Part shown: in pieces, positions 20,212 to 30,977 of the stretch | How the letters are laid out: every line of letters starts with the position of its first letter | How positions within the stretch are numbered: position 1 is the stretch's first letter | Origin: Pseudomonadota bacterium | Lineage (GTDB): Bacteria; Pseudomonadota; Alphaproteobacteria; G022571365 | Direction: 5' to 3' | Length of the DNA stretch: 64,000 nt | Assembly: GCA_022571365.1 (NCBI GenBank) | Contig: JACZXZ010000001.1 | Coordinates: 38,720-102,719, forward strand | Made by a program: the position numbers and the translations under genes | Notes under the pieces: generated by a model | Seen by the model: only the letters and a program-made list of their open reading frames with translations | Database searches by the model: none | Told to the model about the DNA's origin: nothing

Positions 20212-20248
20212 GGTTGATGACCCCCATCGCCGCTTGCAGATCGAGCGC
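20212..20248 (+). repeat. 37-bp direct repeat, copy 2 (intergenic, upstream of the TIR gene)
   Basis: ggttgatgacccccatcgccgcttgcagatcgagcgc; 29-bp exact core shared with 15575-15603. Confidence 0.9.
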
Positions 20249-20320
20249 TCGAACGATCGGATCGCGCGGCCGCCGGAGCCCTCGTTTCACATGGCACTCA
20301 CAGGGCAAAGGTCCGGGCCC

Positions 20321-21292
20321 TCACGCCACGCGGTCGGGCGGCTCCTTGCCTTCGAAGAAGGCCTTGACGTTTTCCAGAACGCGGAAGCCCATGGCCTCCC
20401 GCGTTTCCTTGGAGGCGCTCCCCAGGTGGGGCAGCAGGACCACGTTCTCTATCTCAATGAGATTCTTACTCGCCTCGGGCTCGTGCTCGTAGACGTCGAG
20501 CCCGGCGCCGGCGATCACCCCCTCTTTCAGGGCGGCCGCGAGCGCGGCTTCGTCAACCACGTTGCCGCGGGAGGTGTTGATGAGAAACGCGGACGGCTTC
20601 ATGAGTTTGAGGCGCTGGCTGTTGATGAGATGTCGCGTCTCGGCCGTGGCGGGGCAGTGGAGCGACACGAAGTCCGCTTCCCGCAAGACATCTTCGAGCG
20701 AATCCCGTGGCTCACCGCCCACGGCCTTGGCCTCCTCATGGGAAGACAGATAGGGGTCGTAATAGATGATCTTCATGCCGAAACCGTGATGGGCGCGTTT
20801 GGCGATGGCCTTGGCAATCCGGCCCATGCCGATGATGCCAAGGGTCTTGCCGGAGATTTTGGCCCCCAGCATGTGGGTTGGCCGCCACCCGGTCCATTCG
20901 CCGTTGCGCAAGTGCCGTTCGCCTTCCCCGGTGCGGCGCGCCACCATGAGGAGAAGCGTCATGGCGATGTCGGCGGTGCACTCGGTCAGCACCTCGGGCG
21001 TGTTGGTCACCACAAGGCCGTGCCGCTTGGCGGCCTCGCAGTCGATGTTGTCGAAACCGACCCCGAAGTTGCCAAGGATTTTCACGCGCTTGGGCTCGAC
21101 GCTCAAAATTTCCGCCGTGATCTTGTCGGTCACGGTGCAGAGAAGACCATCGGCCGACTGCAGGGCCTCCTGAAGTTCGACCGCGCTCATCGGGCGGTCC
21201 TCCGCGTTGAGCCGGGCGTCGAACAGCTCACCGAGCTGCTGTTCCACGGCCTCGGGCCATCTGCGGGTAACAAGGACTTTCGGCTTGGCCAT
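20321..21292 (-). CDS. D-glycerate dehydrogenase / glyoxylate-hydroxypyruvate reductase
   Basis: NTPEVLTECTAD, GIIGMGRI, INTSRG, LDVYEHEP, PHLGSA. Confidence 0.9.
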   Translation of the reverse strand: MAKPKVLVTRRWPEAVEQQLGELFDARLNAEDRPMSAVELQEALQSADGLLCTVTDKITAEILSVEPKRVKILGNFGVGFDNIDCEAAKRHGLVVTNTPEVLTECTADIAMTLLLMVARRTGEGERHLRNGEWTGWRPTHMLGAKISGKTLGIIGMGRIAKAIAKRAHHGFGMKIIYYDPYLSSHEEAKAVGGEPRDSLEDVLREADFVSLHCPATAETRHLINSQRLKLMKPSAFLINTSRGNVVDEAALAAALKEGVIAGAGLDVYEHEPEASKNLIEIENVVLLPHLGSASKETREAMGFRVLENVKAFFEGKEPPDRVA

Positions 21293-21302
21293 ATCTTCGC
21301 CG

Positions 21303-22487
21303 TTAAGCTGGATTCGCGCGCCAATACTCGCAGGCAGCGCCGACGCCGCTGCCCGGCTCGACGTCGACGCCGACATCGCGCATGGCCATCTCGACCCCGG
21401 CGATGGCGCTGCAGAGCATCAGCTCATTGAGGTCGCCCAGATGCCCGATGCGGAAAAGCTTGCCGGCGACCTCGGCCAGTCCCGCGCCGAGCGCCAGGTT
21501 GTACTTCTTGAAGGCGGTGGCGATCACCTCCGCGCCGTTGGTGCCTTCCGGCACCATGATTGCGGTTACGGTGTCCGATTCCCACTTCGACTCCTTGGCG
21601 CAGAGCTTGAGCCCCCAGCCCTTCTTCGCCGCCTGGCGAACACCCTCGGCCAGCCGGTAGTGGCGCTTGAAGACGTTCTCGAGGCCCTCCTCGAAGAGGA
21701 TGTTGAGCGCTTCGCGCAGGCCGCGAAGCAGCGGCATCGAAGGGGTGTAGGGGAAGAAGCCGTCCTTGTTGGTTTTGAGCATGTCTTCGAAGGAAAAGTA
21801 GACGCGCTTCAACCCCGCTGTCTTATGCGCCTCAAGCGCCTTCGGGCCGGCGCAGACGATACCGAGGCCGCAGGGCAGCATAAGGCCCTTCTGGGAGCCG
21901 CAGATCGCTACGTCCACGCCCCATTCGTCCATACGGAAGTCGACGCTGGCGATGGAGCTGATGCCGTCGATGTAGTAAAGCGCTGGATGGTTGGCGTCAT
22001 CGATGGCCTTGCGCACGGCGGCGATGTCGCTGGTCACCCCCGTCGTGGTTTCGTTGTGCACGACCATCACGCCCTTGATCTCGTGGCCGCTGTCGGCCGC
22101 GAGGATCTCGCCGATCTTGTCCGGCGGGGCACCCTCACCCCACTCGCACTCGATCACCCGGACGTCGAGACCCAGGCGCTCCATCATGTCGATCCACAGA
22201 TGGCTGAATATGCCGAAGCGGCAGGTGAGGACCTTGTCGCCGGGCGAAAGGGTATTGGAGAGCGCCGCTTCCCAGGCGCCGGTGCCCGACGACGGGTAGA
22301 TGAAGACGATCCCTTCCTTGGTCCTGAGGACCTTCTTCATATCCTCGTATAGGGGAAGGGTGAAGTCGGGAATCTCGAGATTGCGCTGATCCTCCTGCTG
22401 GATGCGCATGGCGTTCAGGATACGGTCCGGGATGTTGGTCGGACCGGGAATGAAGAGAGAATGATAACCAGTGTGCGCGCGCGCCAT
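21303..22487 (-). CDS. sgaA: serine-glyoxylate aminotransferase (class V PLP)
   Basis: LFIPGPTNIPDR, HNETTTGV, GSQKGLMLP, FRIGHLGDLNEL; close recalled similarity to methylotroph SgaA. Confidence 0.8.
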   Translation of the reverse strand: MARAHTGYHSLFIPGPTNIPDRILNAMRIQQEDQRNLEIPDFTLPLYEDMKKVLRTKEGIVFIYPSSGTGAWEAALSNTLSPGDKVLTCRFGIFSHLWIDMMERLGLDVRVIECEWGEGAPPDKIGEILAADSGHEIKGVMVVHNETTTGVTSDIAAVRKAIDDANHPALYYIDGISSIASVDFRMDEWGVDVAICGSQKGLMLPCGLGIVCAGPKALEAHKTAGLKRVYFSFEDMLKTNKDGFFPYTPSMPLLRGLREALNILFEEGLENVFKRHYRLAEGVRQAAKKGWGLKLCAKESKWESDTVTAIMVPEGTNGAEVIATAFKKYNLALGAGLAEVAGKLFRIGHLGDLNELMLCSAIAGVEMAMRDVGVDVEPGSGVGAACEYWRANPA

Positions 22488-23000
22488 TAATCCCCCCTTT
22501 TTAAAATCCGATGAGACTTGCCTGATCTGAGCCCCTGATTGGGCTGGGCACGAAGCGCAGGAGGATAGTGTTTCCGTCCCTGGGTATCAACTTCCCCTTA
22601 TGGGTTTCGTTTTATGCGATCCCTCCGCCGGACTCAGAGCCTGGTTGCCGCGGGTTTGGGGGGAGGGTTTCCTGCGCGCCGCTCGCCTTACTTTTCGCCG
22701 CCGATAAGGGTGATGTAACGGCCGCCCCGCCCGCTTCCCCTAGGGCCGCGAACGTCGGCGGATAAGGATGTTCCCGGTGGGCCGGGCACGATCGCGAAGA
22801 TCGAGCGGTCTAGCTCGGCGGGATCGTAGCCCGCTGACCATGCCCCTCATAGGTCGGGAGCTGTGCCGCGATAGGTCGGGAGCTTGTTCCGCGTTGGCCA
22901 TCCGAAAACCCGTTCTGGGCCATCGCTGTCGGCTCCAAGATGTCGTCTGGAGCCTATTTCAAAAGTCGGACATGGTCGCCCGGGCGCCACGGCGGCGGGC

Positions 23001-24230
23001 CTAGCCCGCGCTGTCCACGGCGGTGCTGCTCAACAGCCGAGTCTCGAAGCCGATCGCCGTCAGTCCGGCGAGGATCTCCTGGACGTGGTCGGCATTTCGG
23101 GTCTCGACCACCACGTCCAGCTCGGCCAGCTTGACGGGAAGGTCGTAGAACAGCCGCTGGTGATAGACCTCGATGATATTGGCGCCGGTATCGCCGATGA
23201 GTTGGGCGACCTTGGCGAGCACGCCGGGCTGGTCGTTGATCGTGACCCTGAATCGCACGATCCGGCCCTCGCGCACCAAGCCGCGCATCAGGATCGAGCC
23301 CAGGAGCCGGGCGTCGATATTGCCGCCCGAGACGACAAGGCCCACGCGCCGGCCGGTGAATCGCTCGCGATGGCTCTGGAGCGCGGCGAGTGGTGCGGCG
23401 CCGGCGCCTTCGGCGACGATTTTCTCCGCCTCGAGCATCGTCTGAACGGCCCGCTCAAGAGCGTCTTCACCGACCAGCAGCACGTCGTCGACCAGTTTCT
23501 CCACGATCGGCCGGGTCAATTCGCCGGGCCGTTTGGCGGCAATGCCCTCGGCAATGGTCTGGCCGCCCGAGGTCGTTGGGATGTGGTGAATCGCCTGATA
23601 CATGGAGGGGTAGAGCGCTGCTTCGACGCCGATGATCGAGATCCCCGGCTTGAGCGCTTTAGCCGCGATGGCGTTGCCGGAGATCAGACCGCCGCCGCCG
23701 ATCGGAATGATGAGCACATCGAGGTCGGGCACCTCGGCCAACATTTCCAATGCGACGGTGCCCTGGCCGGCGATGATGCGCTCGTCGTCATACGGGTGGA
23801 CGAAAGTTCGGCCCTCCTCGGCCGCGATCCCAACTGCGTGATCGGTCGCCTCGGCCAGGCCTTCGCCGTGCATGATTATCTGTGCGCCCAGGAGCCGGGT
23901 TTGCTCGATCTTGGTGAAGGGCGTCCCCTCCGGCATGACGATGGTCGCCGGGACGTCGAGCCGGCGCGCGTGATAGGCGACGCCCTGGGCGTGATTGCCG
24001 GCCGAAGCGGCGACCACGCCGGCCGTGCGTTCCCGATCGCTCAGGCTCAACATCTTGACCAGGGCGCCCCGGTCCTTGAAGGAACCGGTGTATTGCAGGT
24101 TCTCGAGCTTCAGCCAGACCTGGGCCTCCGTGAGCTCGCCGAGCCGGCGGGCCAGGATGGTCGGTGTCTTGACGACGGCCCCGTGGATGGTCTCGGCGGC
24201 GGCGCGGATATCGTCGACGGTTACGGTCAT
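23001..24230 (-). CDS. threonine ammonia-lyase with C-terminal ACT domain
   Basis: KLENLQYTGSFKDRGA, SAGNHAQG, GGGGL, SGGNID. Confidence 0.92.
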   Translation of the reverse strand: MTVTVDDIRAAAETIHGAVVKTPTILARRLGELTEAQVWLKLENLQYTGSFKDRGALVKMLSLSDRERTAGVVAASAGNHAQGVAYHARRLDVPATIVMPEGTPFTKIEQTRLLGAQIIMHGEGLAEATDHAVGIAAEEGRTFVHPYDDERIIAGQGTVALEMLAEVPDLDVLIIPIGGGGLISGNAIAAKALKPGISIIGVEAALYPSMYQAIHHIPTTSGGQTIAEGIAAKRPGELTRPIVEKLVDDVLLVGEDALERAVQTMLEAEKIVAEGAGAAPLAALQSHRERFTGRRVGLVVSGGNIDARLLGSILMRGLVREGRIVRFRVTINDQPGVLAKVAQLIGDTGANIIEVYHQRLFYDLPVKLAELDVVVETRNADHVQEILAGLTAIGFETRLLSSTAVDSAG

Positions 24231-24363
24231 GGCACGCCCGCGGTCATGGCATATGACAGTTCTTCAGCAACCTGCCGGGGTGATGCTACGATTTTGGGTA
24301 CGGGCCGACAACCGGGTTGCGGATGTGGCGGCCGCCTCGCCGGTCGAGGCCCTTTCATCCCGT

Positions 24364-26790
24364 TCACCGCGGCACCAGCTCGAGCACGCCGAGGGCGCCG
24401 TCGCGGATATCCTGGCGCCGGCCGGCGAGGCGGACATATTCGAGGTCGCGCCAGCGTTCGATGAAGTCGCGGTAGTGGGCCGACAGCGGGTTGCCCGACT
24501 GGCCGGACGCCACCATGAACAGGGACTCGCTCAGATTCGCGAGATTGTAAATCCCGCGGTAGCCGGGCCCGTGGATCTGAGCGAAGGGCTCTTGGTCGTC
24601 GTGGATATGGCTTTCCCCTTTGTTGATGGTGAAGCTGCCGCCGTCCGCCGCCACGCGAGGACTGAGAAGGTTGCCGAGGAGGGGAATGCGATCGAACAGC
24701 CGATGGCGGAATCTGGCGTAGTGAGCCTCGCCCCAGCGCCAGGCTCGCATATCGCCGGCATAGGCATCGGTGAGCGAATCAAGGGCCTCCTCCAGGGCGG
24801 CGGCGATCCGGTCCTCGCAGCCTTCGGTCGCCGGCGTGGTCACGTCGTCGCACCACTCGGGGGCGCGGGTCAGCATTCCCTTGAGCACGAGGGGCCTGAG
24901 GCTCCAATAGTCATCGAACATATCCTTCAATTCATCGGCATAGATCAGGCGGTTCAGCGCCCTGAGCCAAGCCGAGAAAATGAGCGGCTCGGGCCGGTTG
25001 CGATCCATCCGGCCGTCCCAGCCGCGGAGCAGGGCGTGCGCGGCCCGCGCGCGCGGGCTACGGGGTTCGACGTCAAGGAGCAACGGCAGCAGATCCCGCG
25101 CCATGGGCGAGACGACGTCGCCCTGGATGGAGGCGGTGGTTGCCAGGGTCTGCGGGCCGGTCTGGTCGAGTAATTCGTGGATGCGGCGGACCCTGTAGGG
25201 GTTGCCCCATTCCATCGAGATGAAATAGGGGTAGCTGTCGCCGACCAGCTTGTTGTTGGCGTTGACGAGGCGGCCGGAGGCGGGGTTGAGGCTGTGCGGC
25301 AGCCGCTCGAAGGGGATGAAGCCGATCCAGTCATGATCGCCGGTCCAGCCCGGCGCCGGAGTGTAGCCGGTGCCGCTTTTGCGCAGGGGCACGCGGGCCG
25401 CGGCGTAGAACCCGATATTGCCCTGGATGTCGGCGTAGACGATGTTCTGCTGGGGCGCGTGGAAGCGGCTGAGCGCGGCGACGAAGTCATCCCATCCCCG
25501 GGCGTGATTGAGGCGATAGAGCGCCTCCGCGGTCCGGTCGTCGCCGCGGAGATAGGGCGCCGCCAGGGCCAGGACGCGCCCGTCGCCGGGAAAATCGTCA
25601 TCGACGTTCAGCAGATCGGAGATGATCGGGCCGTGACGGCTCTCGCGCACCGTCAGCACCACGTCGTCGTTGCCCCTGACCCGGATGATCTCTTCGCGCG
25701 TGATCAAAGGCTCGGCTCCCTCGGGCGTGAGATAGCGGCCGGGATCGTCGGGGTCGAGGCGCTCGATGAAGAGATCCTCGGTATCGGCGTAGGTGGTGGT
25801 GAAACCCCAGGCGATATATTGATTGTGGCCCAGAAGGATGAAGGGGACGCCGGGAACGGTGGCGCCGGCGATATCCAAACCGGGCGCGTGGACGCGGGCG
25901 AGATACCATATGATCGGCGCGCTTAGCTCCATATGCGGGTCGTTCGCCAGGATCGGCTTGCCGGTGCCTGTGTGGCGGCCGTCGATCACCCACTGGTTGG
26001 AGGCGCCGCCGAATCCTTCCGCGAGCCGGGCCTGTGGGCGGTCCGGATGCGGGCGCCGCACCGGCTCGATGCTGGACGCGCGGGGCGAGCCCGTCGGCGA
26101 GAGCCCAGCGGAGGCGTTGCGCCGCGCTGAACGCCCCGCCAGGGTCACCGGGGCATCGTCCGGATAGGGCGGCCATAGCGCGGCGATCTGCTCCGCACTC
26201 AGCCGCTTGGCGAGCCGCGCGCGCAACAGCTCGCTCCGCCAGTTGGTGGAAAGCCGCACCGCCATGAGCTTGCCCCAGAGCAGGGAATCAGCGGGATTCC
26301 ACGGCTCGGGACGATAGCCCAGGAGATAGAACTCCGGCGGCCAGGCGCCCGAGTGGCTGTCGAGGTAGGCATTGACCCCCGCGGCATAGGCGCGGATTGC
26401 TCCCTGCACCTCCGGGGCCAGGCGGGCGAAATCCCGTTCGACAAGCCGGTAGAGTCCCAGGGTCCGCATGTACCGATCGAGCCTGAGCGCGGGCTCGCCG
26501 AGTATCTCGGCCAGGCGCCCGGCGCCGAGGCGGCGCTGCATGTCCATCTGCCACAGCCGGTCCTGGGCGTGGACGAAGCCCAGCGCGAAATAGGCGTCCT
26601 CAAGGGTCTCGGCGAAGATGTGGGGCACGGCATTGGCGTCGCGGATGACCTCCACGGCTGCCCCAAGGCCCGTGAGCCGGACCTGGCCGCTGAAATCCGG
26701 GAGCGAGGTCCGAAGCCAGAGATACGCGCCGCCCACACCGAGCAGCACGAACACAAGGGCCAGCGCGAGACCGCGCCGCAGCCGCCGCAT
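24364..26790 (-). CDS. penicillin acylase family (Ntn hydrolase)
   Basis: N-terminal TM, GFVHAQDRLWQM, GASNQW (Ser nucleophile), LANDPH, GQSGNP. Confidence 0.92.
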   Translation of the reverse strand: MRRLRRGLALALVFVLLGVGGAYLWLRTSLPDFSGQVRLTGLGAAVEVIRDANAVPHIFAETLEDAYFALGFVHAQDRLWQMDMQRRLGAGRLAEILGEPALRLDRYMRTLGLYRLVERDFARLAPEVQGAIRAYAAGVNAYLDSHSGAWPPEFYLLGYRPEPWNPADSLLWGKLMAVRLSTNWRSELLRARLAKRLSAEQIAALWPPYPDDAPVTLAGRSARRNASAGLSPTGSPRASSIEPVRRPHPDRPQARLAEGFGGASNQWVIDGRHTGTGKPILANDPHMELSAPIIWYLARVHAPGLDIAGATVPGVPFILLGHNQYIAWGFTTTYADTEDLFIERLDPDDPGRYLTPEGAEPLITREEIIRVRGNDDVVLTVRESRHGPIISDLLNVDDDFPGDGRVLALAAPYLRGDDRTAEALYRLNHARGWDDFVAALSRFHAPQQNIVYADIQGNIGFYAAARVPLRKSGTGYTPAPGWTGDHDWIGFIPFERLPHSLNPASGRLVNANNKLVGDSYPYFISMEWGNPYRVRRIHELLDQTGPQTLATTASIQGDVVSPMARDLLPLLLDVEPRSPRARAAHALLRGWDGRMDRNRPEPLIFSAWLRALNRLIYADELKDMFDDYWSLRPLVLKGMLTRAPEWCDDVTTPATEGCEDRIAAALEEALDSLTDAYAGDMRAWRWGEAHYARFRHRLFDRIPLLGNLLSPRVAADGGSFTINKGESHIHDDQEPFAQIHGPGYRGIYNLANLSESLFMVASGQSGNPLSAHYRDFIERWRDLEYVRLAGRRQDIRDGALGVLELVPR

Positions 26791-27075
26791 CACCGCCCCC
26801 TTCGACCTAAGTCACGGTGACGGTGGCTTCTTCTTTTCGGCGAAATGATCGCGCGTGGCCCCCGCCGCTTCTTTGTCCTGGATTCCTCGGCGGCGATGAT
26901 GCCATCCGGCGGTTGGGCGATCAAGCCAGGCGCCGTCGCGGATGTCCAGGCGCCGTCCGGCGGGACCAAGGCCCCGCTTTGCCGGTGGACAGATCGTTCG
27001 GCTCTCCGCTAGAGTCTCGCCCGCGCCGCGGCCGGACCGCGGGCTTGTGGTCCACCGAAAAGGGTAGGGGAGGCG

Positions 27076-28293
27076 ATGACCGGTCCCTTGGGCGGTCTGC
27101 GCGTTTTCGATCTGACCCGCGTCATGGCCGGACCGACCTGCACCCAGTTGCTCGGCGATCTGGGCGCGGAGGTCATCAAGGTCGAGCGCCCGGGGGTCGG
27201 CGACGACACGCGCAACTTCGGACCGCCCTTCCTCAAGGACGCCGCCGGCAACGATACGACCGAAAGCGCCTATTATTTGAGCGCGAACCGCAACAAACGC
27301 TCCATCACCATCGACCTGGCGGAGCGGGACGGCCAGGACCTGGCGCGGCGGCTCATCGCCCACTGCGACATTTTGGTGGAGAATTTCAGGGTCGGCGCCC
27401 TCGCCAAATACGGCCTTTCCTATGCGCACCTCAAAGCCGACTTCCCCCAGCTGATTTACTGCTCGCTCACCGGCTTCGGCCAGACCGGGCCGTACGCTTC
27501 CCGGCCCGGGTACGACGTCGTCGCCCAGGCCATGGGCGGGATCATGAGCGTGACCGGCGAGGCGCAAGGCGAGCCCCAGAAAGTCGGCGTTCCGATCGCC
27601 GACATCATGGCGGGGATGTACGCCGCGATCGCGGTCCTCGCCGCCGCCCGCCATCAGGCGGTGACCGGCGAGGGCGAGTACATCGATCTCGGGTTGCTGG
27701 ACACCCAGGTCGCGTGGCTCGCCAATCAGGGGATGAACTACCTGATCTCCGGCGAGCCCCCGGCGCGGCTCGGCAACGCCCACCCGAACATCGTCCCCTA
27801 CCAAGTGTTCGAGACGGCCGACGGTTACGTCGTGATCGCGGTCGCCAATGACGCCCAGTTCCAGCGCTTCTGCGAGTCCGCCGGGGTCGGCGAGCTCGCC
27901 TCCGAGGAGCGGTTCCGCACCAATACCGCCCGGGTGCGCAATCGCGCGGCGCTGATCGACCGGCTCAAACCCATTCTGGCCCAGCACCCCACGCAGTACT
28001 GGCTCGACAGCCTCGATCGCCTGAACGTCGTTTGCGGACCGATCAACACCCTCGACCAGGTGTTCGCGCATCCCCAGCTGCGCCACCGGGACATGGTCAT
28101 CGACATGCCCCATGCGCTGGCCGGCAGGAATCCGGTCAAATTCGTCGGCAATCCGATAAAATACGCCAACAACCCGATCGCCTACCGCTACCCGCCGCCG
28201 ACGCTGGGCCAGCACACCGGGGAGGTCTTGAAGGAACTCCTCGACATGGGCGAGGAGGAGCTCGAGGGGCTGCGGACCCGCGGCGTCATCTGA
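27076..28293 (+). CDS. CoA-transferase family III (CaiB/BaiF)
   Basis: DLTRVMAGP, DLGAEVIKVE, GDDTR, NRNKRSI, GYD. Confidence 0.93.
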   Translation: MTGPLGGLRVFDLTRVMAGPTCTQLLGDLGAEVIKVERPGVGDDTRNFGPPFLKDAAGNDTTESAYYLSANRNKRSITIDLAERDGQDLARRLIAHCDILVENFRVGALAKYGLSYAHLKADFPQLIYCSLTGFGQTGPYASRPGYDVVAQAMGGIMSVTGEAQGEPQKVGVPIADIMAGMYAAIAVLAAARHQAVTGEGEYIDLGLLDTQVAWLANQGMNYLISGEPPARLGNAHPNIVPYQVFETADGYVVIAVANDAQFQRFCESAGVGELASEERFRTNTARVRNRAALIDRLKPILAQHPTQYWLDSLDRLNVVCGPINTLDQVFAHPQLRHRDMVIDMPHALAGRNPVKFVGNPIKYANNPIAYRYPPPTLGQHTGEVLKELLDMGEEELEGLRTRGVI

Positions 28294-28431
28294 TCGGCCC
28301 CGCGGGGTCATCTGACCGGCCCCGCGGGAAGACATGGTTTAAGGCCCGGTGAGAGACGGGGGCGGTCGATCCGTCTAGCTGTCCCCGGAGGCCGACCTTC
28401 ACGAGTTCGCGGCATCGGAGGATCGTTATAT

Positions 28432-28517
28432 CCCCTCACCCTGGCCTTCCCCCCCTGGGGGAGAGAGAGGGACCCGTGTAAGCGGGGGGTGAGGAGAGAG
28501 AGGGACCCGTCCTAAGC
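28432..28517. repeat. degenerate extragenic palindromic (REP-like) element between convergent genes
   Basis: cctcaccc/gggtgagg inverted arms; 18-bp direct repeat ggagagagagggacccgt at 28460 and 28493. Confidence 0.6.
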
Positions 28518-28559
28518 TTGACGAAGGACGGGAGGCCGGGCGGATGCCGCCGGCCTCGC

Positions 28560-29450
28560 TTAACGGAATGTGACCGAGACCTGCATCGCTCCGGTCGGCA
28601 ACCCTTCGTAGCGCACCGTGACGGTTTGCCCGGGCTGGGGCGGCCGCGGCCGGGCGAAGGAGCCGAGGCTGATGATGTCCCCGGCTTTCAGTTTGATCCG
28701 GCTTTCGGCCAGATGCTCGGCCAGCCAGATGACGGCATTCAAAGGGTGGCCGAGGATCGCCTTGCCGGACGCCTTCGACAGCTGATTTCCGCTGGCGTCG
28801 GTCGTGATGACGGTCATGGTGCCAAGCGCGTCGACAAAATCGACGCCGGGGGAGATCGGCACCGGCGCGCCGATGACCCCAAGCCGGGCGCCGACATTAA
28901 TGGCGGTAATCATTTCCGGGCTCAGGGGTTCGCCCTCGGCCATGGCCAGGTCGGCGAGTTCGACAAACGGAATGACGGCCTCCAAATGGCGCGCCACCTC
29001 GAGCGGGGTTTTCGCGTCATTCACTCCCTCGTCCTTCACGGTGACCAGGAGATCGGGTTCGAAGATGGGCCGAATCCCGTAATCCACCGACACTTCCGCT
29101 CCATCCGGCAGCAGCATGCCTTCGAGCAGCACGCCGTGCACGGAGGTCGTGGCCCCGAACATCTCCCGCGCCGCCTTGCTGGTGAGCCCGACCTTGTAAC
29201 CGATCGGCCGTCCGAGCTCCCGGGAGAGGCGCGCCACCAGGGCGGTCTGGGCGCACAGCGCTTCCGCCATCGTGAGCTCCGGCCCCAGGCTCTTGACCGG
29301 CCTCTTGTCCACGTAAGCGGCGGTCATTTGGACGATCCGGTCGGCGTCGCAGGCGTGCGCCTGGGCGGGCGGGACGGGTAGGACGGACAGAGCGAGGGCG
29401 AGAATCGGCAGGGCGAACAGAGCTATTAGATGCCCTCCGCGCCTTGCCAC
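28560..29450 (-). CDS. 2-keto-4-pentenoate hydratase-like (FAH superfamily) protein with signal peptide
   Basis: GYKVGLTS, FEPDL, ELAD, ILGHPLNAVIWL, ISLGSF; hydrophobic N-terminus with AQA. Confidence 0.85.
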   Translation of the reverse strand: MARRGGHLIALFALPILALALSVLPVPPAQAHACDADRIVQMTAAYVDKRPVKSLGPELTMAEALCAQTALVARLSRELGRPIGYKVGLTSKAAREMFGATTSVHGVLLEGMLLPDGAEVSVDYGIRPIFEPDLLVTVKDEGVNDAKTPLEVARHLEAVIPFVELADLAMAEGEPLSPEMITAINVGARLGVIGAPVPISPGVDFVDALGTMTVITTDASGNQLSKASGKAILGHPLNAVIWLAEHLAESRIKLKAGDIISLGSFARPRPPQPGQTVTVRYEGLPTGAMQVSVTFR

Positions 29451-29457
29451 GCGGTCG

Positions 29458-30621
<1,164 letters not shown>

Positions 30622-30977
30622 TTACAATGGCAACGCAACCTTTGCCAAGTCACCAGAGTGGGGGGGTGTCCCGGCCGTCCAAGGGAGGCGGGCTGGGCCG
30701 GTTGTGACGGCCGCGGCCGGGCGGGCCTTCGGGCGGCGCCTGTGGGCGTGCCGGCGCCGGCCTGGGTAGGCTGGAGTCAATAGGCCGGTGTCGAGGGGTC
30801 GATGGGGCGGGTCCAGCCTGCCTGCCCGCCTGCGGGCCGATCCGTCCTCCGCAGCAGCGGCGCTGCCGCTGCGGAGGGCCGAAGCCTTCGGCGGAGAGCC
30901 CGAAGTCGTACGGCGGACGGGGCGTCGATTTCGATCTCGGACCGGGTCGGTTTCCTCCGGCCCGTTCGCAGGGCCCC

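Noticed and set aside
15567-20248. 37-bp repeat pair as a diversity-generating retroelement TR/VR
   Set aside because: Too short, only two mismatches that are not both adenine-specific, and no reverse transcriptase in the window.
22490-23000. Riboswitch (glycine/ZTP) upstream of sgaA
   Set aside because: I could not see the conserved aptamer motifs by eye; an Rfam cmscan would be needed to exclude one.
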